DNA of 64,000 nucleotides from Escherichia coli (GTDB lineage Bacteria; Pseudomonadota; Gammaproteobacteria; Enterobacterales; Enterobacteriaceae): NCBI RefSeq assembly GCF_003018255.1, contig NZ_CP027440.1; one strand, 5' to 3'. Shown piece by piece: positions 13,086 to 24,947 of this stretch (position 1 is its first letter; each line of letters starts with the position of its first letter). The notes under the pieces were generated by a model. It saw only the letters and a program-made list of their open reading frames with translations, ran no database searches and was not told where the DNA came from. The position numbers and the translations under genes were made by a program.

Positions 13086-13133
13086 CTCATTACAAATAAT
13101 GATGAAATAACGCTTTTTATTGATAATTTACAT

Positions 13134-14105
13134 ATGAAAAAAATGACATCTCTTTGTTTTATACCATTACTACTATCGCTTACTTTTATTATTTTTTACC
13201 AACCCTGGGTCAGGGCATTACCACCAACGCCCCGACACGCTAGTCCTGAGCAATTAGAAAAAACAGTTCGTTATCTTACACAAACTGTGCATCCACGTAG
13301 CGCCGACAATATTGATAATCTGAATAGGTCCGCAGAGTATATAAAAGAGGTCTTTATCAGTAGCGGTGCCAGAGTTACCGCGCAGGATGTCCCCATTACG
13401 GGTGGCCCCTACAAAAACATTGTTGCTGATTATGGTCCTGCCGATGGACCGCTGATTATTATTGGTGCGCACTATGACTCTGTCAGTAGTTATGAAAACG
13501 ATCAATTGACCTATACGCCGGGCGCGGATGATAACGCCAGCGGCGTGGCAGGATTACTCGAACTGGCGCGTTTGTTACAGCTGCAGACTCCAGGGATTGG
13601 CGTCCAACTGGTCGCCTATGCGTCGGAAGAACCGCCCTTCTTTCGTAGCGATGAAATGGGGAGCGCGGTACATGCAGCTTCGCTTGAGCGTCCAGTGAAA
13701 TTAATGATAGCGCTGGAGATGATTGGTTATTACGACTCAACGCCTGGTAGCCAGGATTACCCATCCCCGGCAATGTCCTGGCTTTATCCCGATCGGGGAG
13801 ACTTTATTGCCGTGGTCGGCAGAATGCAGGATATCAACGCCGTTCGTCAGGTAAAAGCGGCATTGTTGTCATCCCGGGATTTATCTGTTTATTCTATGAA
13901 TGCCCCAGGTTTTATTCCCGGTATTGATTTCTCTGATCACCTTAATTATTGGCAACACGATATTCCCGCCGTAATGATTACTGACACCGCTTTTTATCGT
14001 AATAAACAATACCACTTGCCCGGTGATATCGCAGACAGATTAAATTATCAGAAAATGGCTCAGGTAGTAGATGGAGTTACAACCTTGTTATACAACAGTA
14101 AATAA
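13134..14105 (+). CDS. yfbL: M28 family zinc peptidase, secreted/lipoprotein-like
   Basis: 323-aa ORF with N-terminal signal-like segment and M28 motifs (HYDSV, DDNASG, EE). Confidence 0.85.
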   Translation: MKKMTSLCFIPLLLSLTFIIFYQPWVRALPPTPRHASPEQLEKTVRYLTQTVHPRSADNIDNLNRSAEYIKEVFISSGARVTAQDVPITGGPYKNIVADYGPADGPLIIIGAHYDSVSSYENDQLTYTPGADDNASGVAGLLELARLLQLQTPGIGVQLVAYASEEPPFFRSDEMGSAVHAASLERPVKLMIALEMIGYYDSTPGSQDYPSPAMSWLYPDRGDFIAVVGRMQDINAVRQVKAALLSSRDLSVYSMNAPGFIPGIDFSDHLNYWQHDIPAVMITDTAFYRNKQYHLPGDIADRLNYQKMAQVVDGVTTLLYNSK

Positions 14106-14207
14106 TAAAAATTTCTCGAGGCGGATCCAGAAAAAGCAACATGCGCATTTTATTTTCTTTCGTCTGTTTTAAGATGCGAAACATGAAATTCAACGGAGGA
14201 AAAATAA

Positions 14208-14711
14208 ATGGGAATGATTGGCTATTTTGCAGAAATTGACTCAGAAAAGATTAACCAACTGCTTGAGTCTACTAAAAAACCTTTGATGGATAATATACAT
14301 GACACGCTTTCAGGATTACGCCGACTGGATATTGATAAACGCTGGGATTTTTTACACTTTGGCCTGACGGGTACATCTGCATTTGACCCCGCGAAGAATG
14401 ACCCGCTAAGTCGCGCAGTGCTTGGTGAACACAGCCTAGAAGATGGCATAGATGGCTTCCTGGGATTGACCTGGAATCAGGAGTTAGCCGCGACAATCGA
14501 CCGACTGGAAGCTCTGGATCGAAGTGAGCTGCGTAAACAGTTTTCCATTAAGCGACTCAATGAAATGGAGATTTATCCGGGAGTAACCTTTTCAGAAGAG
14601 TTAGAGGGGCAACTCTTTGCTTCGATCATGCTTGATATGGAAAAGCTGATTAGCGCGTATCGACGTATGCTGCGACAAGGGAATCATGCGCTGACGGTTA
14701 TTGTTGGGTGA
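14208..14711 (+). CDS. yfbM: DUF1877 family protein
   Basis: 167-aa ORF; synteny next to yfbL. Confidence 0.8.
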   Translation: MGMIGYFAEIDSEKINQLLESTKKPLMDNIHDTLSGLRRLDIDKRWDFLHFGLTGTSAFDPAKNDPLSRAVLGEHSLEDGIDGFLGLTWNQELAATIDRLEALDRSELRKQFSIKRLNEMEIYPGVTFSEELEGQLFASIMLDMEKLISAYRRMLRQGNHALTVIVG

Positions 14712-14726
14712 TGGTGTCAGGGCACC

Positions 14727-14755
14727 AAAAAAAACCGCCGAACATGTCGGCGGCT
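14727..14755 (-). terminator. rho-independent terminator of the nuo operon (may also act for yfbM on the other strand)
   Basis: GC-rich stem CCGCCGAACATGTCGGCGG; on the minus strand it is followed by a run of 8 T. Confidence 0.75.
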
Positions 14756-14777
14756 TTCTGACTTACAAACTGACTGC

Positions 14778-16235
14778 TTACATCAGCGGCATTGCTAACC
14801 GCACAATGCTAATCAGCGGTTGTGGCCATACACCCAGCACCAGTACCAACAGTGCAGAGATCAGCACCACGATACCGCCTGCGCTGTACTGCCAGTTTGA
14901 TGGTGCATCGCGACCCGGTTGTTCCGGAGCGTGAAGGTATAAGCTCACCGCCACGCGCAGGTAGTAGTAGAGGCCGATTGCCGAACCGACAACTACGGCA
15001 CCCACCAGCCACCACAAGTGTGCCTGGACACCGACCGCCAGCACGTAGAACTTACCGATAAAGCCCAGCGTCATTGGGATACCAGCCAGTGAAAGCATCA
15101 TCACCGTCATCACTGCCGCGAGGATCGGACGATGCCAGAACAGACCGCGGTAAGAGAACAGGGAATCAGCATCCGGGCCACGATACGGGCTGGACATCAG
15201 GCTGACCACGCCGAACGCGCCGAGGCTGCTGAACAGATAACCTGCCAGGTAAACCCCTACCGCTTCCATCGACATCTCGCCAGTTTGCAGCGCAATCAGC
15301 GCCACCAGCAGATAGCCGAGGTGAGAGATAGATGAGTAACCGAGCAGACGTTTGATATTGGTCTGGCTCAGCGCCATCAGGTTACCGAAGATGATGGAGG
15401 CAAAGGCGATAATCGCCAGCACCACGCGAATCGCTTCGCTGTCACCCACCGGTGCGTAGAGGAACAGACGCATCACCACACCGAAGATAGCGATTTTGCT
15501 CGCCGTCGCCAGGAAAGTGGAAACCGGCGCAGGCGCGCCCTGGTATACGTCTGGCGTCCACAGGTGGAACGGCACCAGAGAGAGTTTGAAGCCGAGGCCG
15601 ACAATCATCAGGCCGAAACCTGCCAGCAACAGCGGCTCGTTGAGCATACCGTCGCCGAGGTTTTTACCCAGCGCGACAAACGACAGGTCGCCAGACTGCG
15701 CATACACCAGCGCCATACCGAACAGCAGGAAAGAAGACGCTGCGGCAGAGAGAATGGTGTATTTGATACTGGCTTCCAGCGAACGTTTCTGGCGGAAAGC
15801 GTAACCGACCAGGCCAAACAGCGGCAAAGAGATCAGTTCGATACCGAGGAACAGAGACGCCAGATGGTTGGCATTCGCCAGCAGGATCCCGCCCAGGGCG
15901 GCAATTAACACCAACAGGTAGAACTCGTCCTTGTTGTCGTTATAGCCTTCAAGCCACGGGTAGGCGAAAGTACAGGTGGCGAGGCTCGCCAACAATACCA
16001 GCCCGGTGTAAAGCATGGCGAAACCATCAACGCGCATCAGTGGCGTAACGTCCATAGCGCCCGCCTGGCCGACAAACCAGAGCGAAACCAGCGCCGCGTT
16101 AAGCCCAATAACCGAGAGCGTAGCGTTGAGGAAATGATTGCGTCGCCACGCAATGGAGAGCATCACCACCACCACCGTCAAGCCGACGATCAGCAACGGT
16201 AGCAGTGCGATCAGGTTTTGTGGAGTTATTGTCAT
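14778..16235 (-). CDS. nuoN: NADH-quinone oxidoreductase subunit N
   Basis: 485-aa polytopic membrane ORF; last gene of nuo operon. Confidence 0.93.
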
Positions 16236-16241
16236 GGCGAT

Positions 16242-17771
16242 TTACGGCCTTGTAGTAGTAACGGAATTAACAAACCACTGCTGGATATTGCCAATCGCGG
16301 AGTGCGAGGTATCCAGAATCGGCTGCGGATAGAAGCCCAGCAGTACCAGCAGCACCACCAGCAACAGGATCATAAACAGCTCACGCAGCGACATCCCTGG
16401 CAGTTCCTGGCTGGCAATCTGGCTTTTCGCTTTACCGAAGTAAGCGCGATGTAACATCGCCAGCGAATAAACAGATGCAAAGACCAGCCCAAAGGTAGAG
16501 ATAACGGTAATCACCGGGACAACCTGGAAGCTGCCGAACAGAATCATAAATTCGCCGACGAAGTTACCGGTGCCAGGCATCCCAAGCGTTGCCACCGCAA
16601 AGAACAGCGACAGTGCTGGCAGCCATTTCATCTTGCTCCACAGACCGCCCATCATGCGCATGTCGCGGGTATGGATACGTTCATAAAGCTGACCGCAGAG
16701 AATAAACAGACCCGCCGCCGACAAGCCGTGCGCAATCATCTGGATTACCGCGCCCTGGTAGGCCAACTGGCTGCCAGTGTAGATAGCAATCAGCACGAAG
16801 CCCATGTGGGAAACCGAGGTGTAGGCGATCAGACGTTTGATATCGGTCTGGGCGAAGGCCATCCACGCACCGTAGAAGATGCCGATAACACCCAGCCACA
16901 TAGCGATTGGCGCGAACTCTGCCGACGCGTTCGGGAACAACGGTAGGGAGAAACGCAGCAGACCGTAAGCGGCGGTTTTCAGCAAGATCCCCGCGAGGTC
17001 AACGGAACCGGCGGTTGGAGCCTGTGAGTGCGCATCCGGCAGCCAGCCATGCAGCGGAACCACCGGCATTTTCACCGCAAATGCGATGAAGAAGCCCAGC
17101 ATCAACAGATATTCCACACCACTGGACATTGGCGTATTCAACAGCTCTTCATAGTTGAAGGTCCAGACGCCGGTCGCATTGTAGTGAACAAAAACCAGCG
17201 CCAGGATGGCGATCAACATCACCAGACCACTCGCCTGGGTGTAAATGAAGAACTTGGTTGCCGCCGTGATACGCGTTTTACCGTCAGAGGCTTTATGCCC
17301 CCACAGTGCGATCAGGAAGTACATCGGCACCAGCATCATTTCCCAGAAGAAGAAGAACAGGAACATGTCGATGGCAAGGAACACGCCGATAACGCCGCCC
17401 AGGATCCACATCAGGTTGAGGTGGAAGAAGCCCTGATATTTTTCGATCTCTTTCCACGAACAGAGTACCGCCAGCACACCGAGCAGACCGGTCAGCACGA
17501 CCATCAGCAGCGACAGCCCGTCAATGGCGAGATGGATAGAGATACCAAAACGCGGGATCCACGGCATGTCGAATTCAGACTGCCACTGCGGAATTCCGGC
17601 GGATTGCGTCAGTGAATAACCGCCCTGCAACCACAGTTGCAGCGACAGCGCCAGCGTCAATCCCATGGTGATCAGCGCGATCCAGCGCGGCACCTTGACG
17701 CCAAAGCGTTCGGTCTGCCAGCACAGGAAGCCGCCGATAAAGGGAATTAATATTAGCCAGGGTAGTAACAT
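16242..17771 (-). CDS. nuoM: NADH-quinone oxidoreductase subunit M
   Basis: 509-aa antiporter-like membrane ORF. Confidence 0.93.
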   Translation of the reverse strand: MLLPWLILIPFIGGFLCWQTERFGVKVPRWIALITMGLTLALSLQLWLQGGYSLTQSAGIPQWQSEFDMPWIPRFGISIHLAIDGLSLLMVVLTGLLGVLAVLCSWKEIEKYQGFFHLNLMWILGGVIGVFLAIDMFLFFFFWEMMLVPMYFLIALWGHKASDGKTRITAATKFFIYTQASGLVMLIAILALVFVHYNATGVWTFNYEELLNTPMSSGVEYLLMLGFFIAFAVKMPVVPLHGWLPDAHSQAPTAGSVDLAGILLKTAAYGLLRFSLPLFPNASAEFAPIAMWLGVIGIFYGAWMAFAQTDIKRLIAYTSVSHMGFVLIAIYTGSQLAYQGAVIQMIAHGLSAAGLFILCGQLYERIHTRDMRMMGGLWSKMKWLPALSLFFAVATLGMPGTGNFVGEFMILFGSFQVVPVITVISTFGLVFASVYSLAMLHRAYFGKAKSQIASQELPGMSLRELFMILLLVVLLVLLGFYPQPILDTSHSAIGNIQQWFVNSVTTTRP

Positions 17772-17855
17772 GGCGATCTTTATTCCTTGTAAAAGTCCCG
17801 TCAGGACCGGATTTTCAACGAATTCTCACGACAGAAAATTCTCTTCGGACTGGGG

Positions 17856-17897
17856 GTAGTGTCGGATGCACCGCGAATGCGGCTTATCCGACCTACG
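17856..17897. repeat. REP (repetitive extragenic palindrome) in nuoM-nuoL intergenic region
   Basis: GTCGGATGC...GCGGCTTATCCGACCTAC matches the enterobacterial REP pattern. Confidence 0.6.
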
Positions 17898-17934
17898 TTC
17901 TTATATGCCCAGGGGCAATCCCACAATCCTTAAC

Positions 17935-19776
17935 TCAACGCAGTACCATCAACAGTGCCAGCACCACGACCGCACCGATGCTCATGGATGCCACATACCA
18001 GCGCAGATAACCGTTCTCGCTTAACAGCAGACCTTTACCTGCAAAGCGGGAAAGGACAGCCGGGATGTTCATCATTGAGTTCAGCGGATCGCGTTTCAGC
18101 AACCAGGCAATACCCAGGAACGGCTTGACGAACACTTTGTCGTACAGCCAGTCAAAGCCCCAGGCGTTGTACCACCAGGTACCCAGCAGACGGCCCGGCG
18201 CACTGTTGGCGATGGAGGTCACCAGAGTACGTTTACCCAGCCACAGCCAGGCAGCCAGCAGAATGCCGACCACCGCGACCACGCCAGAGGTAATTTCCAG
18301 GGTCAACATGCTGCCGTGCGCCAGTTCCGTCGTTTGCGGAAGCACGCCCTGCAGCGGCGGTACAATCAGTGCGCCAACGAAGGTGGAAAGGATCAGCAGC
18401 ACAATCAGCGGCAGGCTGTGAGTTACCCCTTTCACGGCGTGAGCGTGAATTTGTTCTTTTCCGTGGAAGACGATGAAAATCATACGGAAGGTGTAGAGCG
18501 AGGTCATAAACGCACCGACCAGACCTGCCACCATCAGATTGATATGACCATTCGCCATCGCACCCGCGAGGATCTCATCCTTACTGAAGAAGCCCGCAGT
18601 GACCAGCGGCAGTGCCGACAGTGCTGCGCCGCCCACCAGGAAGCAGAGATAAACCAGCGGAATAGATTTACGCAGACCGCCCATCTTGAAGATGTTCTGT
18701 TCGTGATGGCAGGCCAGAATGACGGAACCGGATGCCAGGAACAGCAGCGCTTTAAAGAACGCGTGGGTCATCAAGTGGAAAATCGCCGCATCCCATGCCT
18801 GCACGCCAAGCGCGAGGAACATGTAGCCAATCTGGCTCATGGTAGAGTAAGCGAGAACACGTTTGATATCGGTCTGTACCAGCGCCGCAAAACCGGCCAG
18901 CAGCAGCGTAACCGCCCCGACAATGCCCACCAGATGCAGAACTTCCGGCGTCATCAGGAACAGGCCGTGGGTACGAGCGATCAGGTAGACACCCGCGGTT
19001 ACCATCGTTGCGGCGTGGATCAGCGCGGAGACAGGCGTCGGGCCCGCCATCGCGTCGGCAAGCCATGTCTGCAACGGCAACTGCGCAGATTTACCGACCG
19101 CACCGCCCAGCAGCATCAGCGTCGCCCACATCAGCATGTTATTGCCGTCAGCAAAGTGCGCTGGTGCCAGTTCCACCATTTCGCGGAAGTTCAGGGTGCC
19201 CAGTTCGTTGTAAAGAATGAACAGCGCGAAAGCGAGGAACACGTCACCCACACGGGTCACGACGAACGCTTTCATTGCCGCTGCGCCATTCTTCGGATCG
19301 GTGTAATAGAAACCGATCAGCAGATAGGAGCACAGGCCCACGCCTTCCCAGCCGAGGTACATCAACAGTAGGTTATCGGCGAGAACCAGAACTACCATGC
19401 TGGCGATGAACAGGTTGGTGTAAGCGAAGAAGCGAGAGTAGCCCTCTTCTCCGCGCATATACCAGGAGGCATACATGTGAATAAGGAAACCCACACCAGT
19501 GACCACTGAGAGCATGGTCAGCGACAGGCCGTCCAGCACCAGATTGAAACCAATGTTAAAGTCGCCTACCGACATCCACGTCCACAGCGGCTGGCTGTAT
19601 GCCTGCTCACCGTTAGCGAAGAAGTCAACGCCGATAAAGGCGGTTACCAGCGCCGCCAGGCCCACAGAGCCAACGCCGACGATCGCCGAGACGTTTTCAG
19701 ACCAGCGCCCACGGGAGAACGCCAGCAGGACGAAGCCAATCAATGGCAAAATAATGGTTAAGGCAAGCATGTTCAT
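17935..19776 (-). CDS. nuoL: NADH-quinone oxidoreductase subunit L
   Basis: 613-aa antiporter-like membrane ORF. Confidence 0.93.
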
Positions 19777-20075
19777 CCGCGCATCTCACTTACTGAATCG
19801 ATGTTCAGGTTCTGGCGACGACGGTGAAGTTGCAGCAGCAGCGCAAGGCCGATACTCGCTTCCGCCGCCGCGAGGCTGATGGCGAGAATGTACATCACCT
19901 GACCGTCGGTCTGGCCCCAGTAGCTTCCGGCGACCACAAAGGCCAGCGCAGAGGCGTTAATCATGATTTCCAGACCAATCAGCATAAACAGCAGATTGCG
20001 ACGGATAACCAGACCGGTTAAGCCAAGAACGAATAAGATTGCCGCGAGGATCAGTCCATGTTGTAAGGGGATCAT
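19773..20075 (-). CDS. nuoK: NADH-quinone oxidoreductase subunit K
   Basis: 100-aa membrane ORF; overlaps nuoL and nuoJ. Confidence 0.93.
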
Positions 20076-20626
20076 GCGTGCTCCTCCGTTTTTCTTTTCG
20101 CGCTGTCGTCTTTACGATTGCTCAGCACTTCACCCGCACGCTCTTCACGACCGACGTGGAAGGCCACAACCAGACCCGCGAGCAGCAGCATAGAAGCCAG
20201 TTCCACCGCCAGTACGTAAGGCCCGAACAGCGTAATACCCACTGCTTTAGCACTGATTGGCGTACCGTCGATACCCTGATCATTAACACCAAGGATGGCG
20301 TAAACAATCACCACCAGCATGATGGCCGACAAAATCGCCGGACCAATCCACACCTGCGGTTTCAGCCACTGGCGTTCCTGTTCGATTTCTGAACCGCCCA
20401 GGTTGAGCATCATCACCACGAACACGAACAGCACCATAATGGCACCCGCGTAGACGATAATTTCCAGCGCACCGGCGAAGTAAGCGCCCAGTGAGAAGAA
20501 CACCCCAGAAATCGCCAGCAGCGAAATAATCAGGTACAGCAGCGCGTGTACCGGATTGGTATGGGTGATCACTCGCAAGGTCGCAAGTATGGCTATCAGG
20601 CCACAGATATAAAAAGCGAACTCCAT
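20072..20626 (-). CDS. nuoJ: NADH-quinone oxidoreductase subunit J
   Basis: 184-aa membrane ORF. Confidence 0.93.
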
Positions 20627-20637
20627 TGCCCCTCTCC

Positions 20638-21180
20638 TTACGGTAACAGGCTCTTGACGTCGATAGGCTTGGCTTCGTTCTCTGCTTCGCCCTTATCTTT
20701 GCCGTCGATTGCCATACCTGCCATCCGGTAGAAGTTATATTCCGGGTATTTGCCCGGACCGGAGATCAGCAGATCCTCTTTCTCGTAAACCAGATCCTGG
20801 CGCTTGTATTCCCCCATTTCGAAATCCGGGGTTAACTGAATCGCCGTGGTCGGACAGGCTTCTTCGCACAGACCACAGAAAATGCAGCGTGAGAAGTTGA
20901 TGCGGAAAAATTCCGGATACCAGCGACCGTCTTTGGTTTCTGCTTTTTGCAGCGAGATACAGCCGACCGGGCAGGCTACCGCGCAGAGGTTACAGGCTAC
21001 GCAACGCTCTTCGCCGTCCGGATCGCGGGTCAGAACGATACGACCACGATAACGGGGCGGCAGATAGACCGGCTCTTCCGGGTACATTCGCGTTTCGCGT
21101 TTGGCGAACGCGTGCAGGCCGATCATCCAGATACTACGAACCTGGGTGCCGAAACCTACTAACAATTCTTTTAAGGTCAT
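20638..21180 (-). CDS. nuoI: NADH-quinone oxidoreductase subunit I (2x[4Fe-4S] ferredoxin)
   Basis: 180-aa ORF with two CxxCxxCxxxCP motifs. Confidence 0.95.
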
Positions 21181-21194
21181 GGTCTTATTGCCCC

Positions 21195-22172
21195 TTATTG
21201 CGCCTGCCAGAGAATGACAGCCGCCGTTACCAGCAAGTTGATCAGCGTCAGCGGCAGGCAGATTTTCCAGCCGAAGGACATTACCTGGTCATAACGCGGA
21301 CGCGGTAACGACGCACGAATCAAAATGAACATCATCATAAAGAACGCGGTTTTCAGCGCGAACCAGATGAATGGCGGTAACAACGGGCCTTGCCAGCCAC
21401 CGAAGAACAGCGTCACCATCAGTGCAGAGATGGTCACAATCCCGATGTATTCGCCCACGAAGAACAGACCGAACTTCATGCCGGAATATTCAATGTGGTA
21501 ACCATCCGCCAGTTCCTGCTCGGCTTCCGGCTGGTCAAACGGGTGACGGTGACACACCGCCACGCCCGCGATGGCAAAGGTAATAAAACCAAAGAATTGC
21601 GGGATGACGTTCCACACATGCGCCTGGCTGTTGACGATGTCGGTCATGTTGAATGAACCGGCCTGCGCCACCACGCCCATCAGGGAAAGCCCGAGGAACA
21701 CTTCGTAGCTCAGGGTCTGCGCAGAAGCACGCATCGCACCCAGCAGCGAGTATTTGTTGTTACTTGACCAGCCCGCAAACAGCACCGCGTAAACCGCCAG
21801 ACCGGCCATCATCAGGAAGAACAAAATCCCGATGTTCAGGTCGGCAACCACCCAACCCGGACTGACTGGCACAATCGCAAAGGCCAGCAGCAGCGAGGTA
21901 AAGGCAATCATCGGTGCCAGGGTAAAGATGACGCGATCCGAGAATTTCGGGATCCAGTCTTCTTTAAAGAACATCTTGATCATGTCCGCGACCAGCTGGA
22001 GCGAACCGCCCCAGCCAACACGGTTAGGTCCGTAACGGTTCTGGAACAGACCCAGCAGGCGACGTTCGCCAAAGCTCATGAATGCCCCACAGGTGACAAC
22101 CACCAGCAGGATCACCACCGCTTTGAGGATGGTCAGCAGGATCTCAATCAGTTCCGGTGATATCCAACTCAT
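21195..22172 (-). CDS. nuoH: NADH-quinone oxidoreductase subunit H
   Basis: 325-aa membrane ORF. Confidence 0.93.
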
Positions 22173-24895
22173 TGTTGTGCCTCCTTGAGATCCTCAAGAT
22201 GCGCGCCAGCCAGTACCGGAGCAATGCCGGACATACCCATCGGCAAGCCCACCTGCCCTGCCGTCAGTCCTTCGGCGATTTCAACCGGCAGCGTGACCGT
22301 GTTGCCATCGTAACTAAAGGAGACGCGTGTACCCGCGTTCACACCCAACTTCGCGGCATCCGCTGGGTTGAGTTTGATGTACGGCTGCGGCATACGGCTC
22401 TGGAAGACCGGAGCACGCTGTGACAATTCATCGCTACCAAACAGGTGGTAGTACGGCGCGATACGCCATTTCCCGTCCTGCGGCTGGAAGCGTGCCGGTA
22501 CGCTGGTGAAGTAATCCAGACCATTTTCGCTGGTTTCAAACAGACGCACGCCCGGATCGCCAAAGCGCAGTTTGCCGCCCACTTCGTCCTGGAATTTGTT
22601 CCACGCCTGCGGGGAGTTCCAGCCTGGCGCCCAGGCAAACGGCACTTGCGAACGGTGCGCGGTCGGCTGGTTGTTACCTTCCATCGAGAAGGTGAACATG
22701 GTGTCAATATCCTGCGGCTGACGCGGCTCATGAACGCTGATATTGGCGCGCATGGCGGTACGACCGCTGTAACGGTGCGGTTCACGGGCCAGTTTCTGCC
22801 CACGAATACGGAATGTCGCATCCGGCGCAGCATCTTTGATACCCGCCAGTTCCGGGATTTTCGCCACAACAGCGTCAATCACATGGTCGAGCTGCGTCCA
22901 GTCCACTTCACGGCTCAGCAAGGTGCTGTGCAGCGAGTGTAACCAACGCCAGCTTTCCAGCATGACAGTTTTGCTGTCGTAATAAGCCGGATCGTAAACC
23001 TGGAAGAAACGTTGGGCACGGCCTTCGTTGTTAATCACCGTACCGTCGCTTTCAGCAAAGCTGGCAGCAGAAAGTACCAGATGGGCGTTTTCCATAATCG
23101 CTGTGCGTTGATGGTCAACCACCATCACCAGCGGCGCTTTAGCCAGCGCAGCATTCACGCGGGTAGCGGAAGCGTGACGATGCAGATCGTTTTCCAGCAC
23201 CACCACCGCGTCGGCGCGTCCGGTTTCCAGTTCGGTTAACGCTTCTTCAAGCGATCCACCGCCCATAATGCCCAGCCCCATGCTGTTGACGGAACGGGCA
23301 ATCATGGTGATACCGACGTCAGCGCCGCGACCTTTCAGGGCTTTCGCCACGTTAGCCGCAGCCTGAATCACTTCAGCGCTACCGGCGTTCGTCCCGGAGA
23401 TAATCAACGGTTTCTTCGCACCTGCCAGTGCCTGCACGATGACGTCGATTTTGCTTTGCAGCTCAGGTTCAATACCGTCAACCGCTGGCGCGGAGTTATC
23501 CAGCGCATGGGCGATGGCAAAACCTAAACGCGCCTGATCTTCAACCGGTGCGCGGTAAGTCCACGCCGCGATATCATCCAGACGGGTGTCATCAACGTTG
23601 GTAACAAACAGCGGATGCTTCGCACGTTGGCCGATGTTGAGGATTGCCGCAATCTGCCAGTCAGCCACTTTCTGTGCTGCCGCCATTTCGCGCGCTTTAC
23701 CTTTCACCGCCTGACGAACTGCCAGCGCGACGCGCGCGCCGGTCTGGGTAACGTCTTCGCCCAGCACCAGTACCGCATCGTAAGATTCGATTTCGCGCAG
23801 TGCCGGCGTATAAATGCCGCCTTCACGCAGCACTTTCAGCGCCAGTTGCAGACGTTCCTGCTCACCGTGAGCGATACCGGTGTAGAAGTTTTCTTCGCCC
23901 ACCAGCTCACGCAGCGCAAAGTTGCTTTCCACGCTGGCACGCGGAGAACCAATGCCGATCACTTTCTTCGACTGACGCAGAATATCTGCCGCGCCCTGCA
24001 TTGCCTGTTCGGCGTTGAGGGTAATGAAATCATCGCCACGACGCTGTACTGGCTGACGCGGACGATCTTTCAGGTTGACGTAACCGTAACCGAAACGACC
24101 ACGGTCGCAGAGGAAGTAGTGGTTTACCGTACCGTTGTAACGGTTTTCGATACGACGCAGTTCGCCGTAACGCTCGCCGGGGCTGATGTTACAGCCGATG
24201 GAACATTGCTGGCAGATGCTCGGCGCAAACTGCATATCCCATTTACGGTTGTAACGCTCGGAGTGCGTTTTGTCGGTGAATACGCCGGTCGGGCAAATCT
24301 CGACCAGATTACCGGAAAATTCGCTTTCCAGCGTGCCGTCTTCCGGGCGACCGAAGTAGACGTTGTCGTGCGCACCGTAAACGCCCAGGTCCGTGCCGTC
24401 AGCGTAATCTTTGTAGTAACGCACGCAGCGGTAGCAGGCGATGCAGCGGTTCATTTCGTGAGAGATGAATGGCCCCAAATCCTGATTACGGTGGGTACGT
24501 TTGGTGAAACGGTAGCGACGGAAGCTGTGTCCAGTCATCACAGTCATATCCTGAAGATGGCAGTTACCGCCCTCTTCACATACCGGACAGTCGTGCGGGT
24601 GGTTGGTCATTAACCACTCGACCACACTTTCACGGAACTGTTTCGCTTCTTCATCGTCAATGGAAATAAAGGTGCCATCGGAAGCCGGTGTCATACAGGA
24701 CATCACCAGGCGACCACGCGTGTCTTCCGCGTTTTGGTATTGCTTCACCGCACACTGGCGGCAAGCACCGACGCTTCCCAGCGCCGGATGCCAGCAAAAG
24801 TAAGGAATATCAAGGCCCAGAGACAGACAAGCTTCCAGCAAGTTGTCCGCTCCGTTGACCTCGTATTCTTTGCCGTCTACATGAATTGTAGCCAT
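22169..24895 (-). CDS. nuoG: NADH-quinone oxidoreductase subunit G
   Basis: 908-aa product from [13 protein letters not shown]...; ORF track starts two codons earlier at a second ATG. Confidence 0.93.
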
Positions 24896-24947
24896 TAGCA
24901 TGCTTCCAGTTTTCTCAGTCAGAGACTGAGCGTTAATCGAAATTCGG

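Noticed and set aside
12779-14777. Possibility that the rbn-yfbL-yfbM-nuoN segment is a horizontally acquired island or defence locus
   Set aside because: Base composition is unremarkable, there are no integrase, IS, tRNA or direct-repeat boundaries, and the two genes are ordinary housekeeping-type proteins; the difference from K-12 is gene absence rather than foreign insertion.
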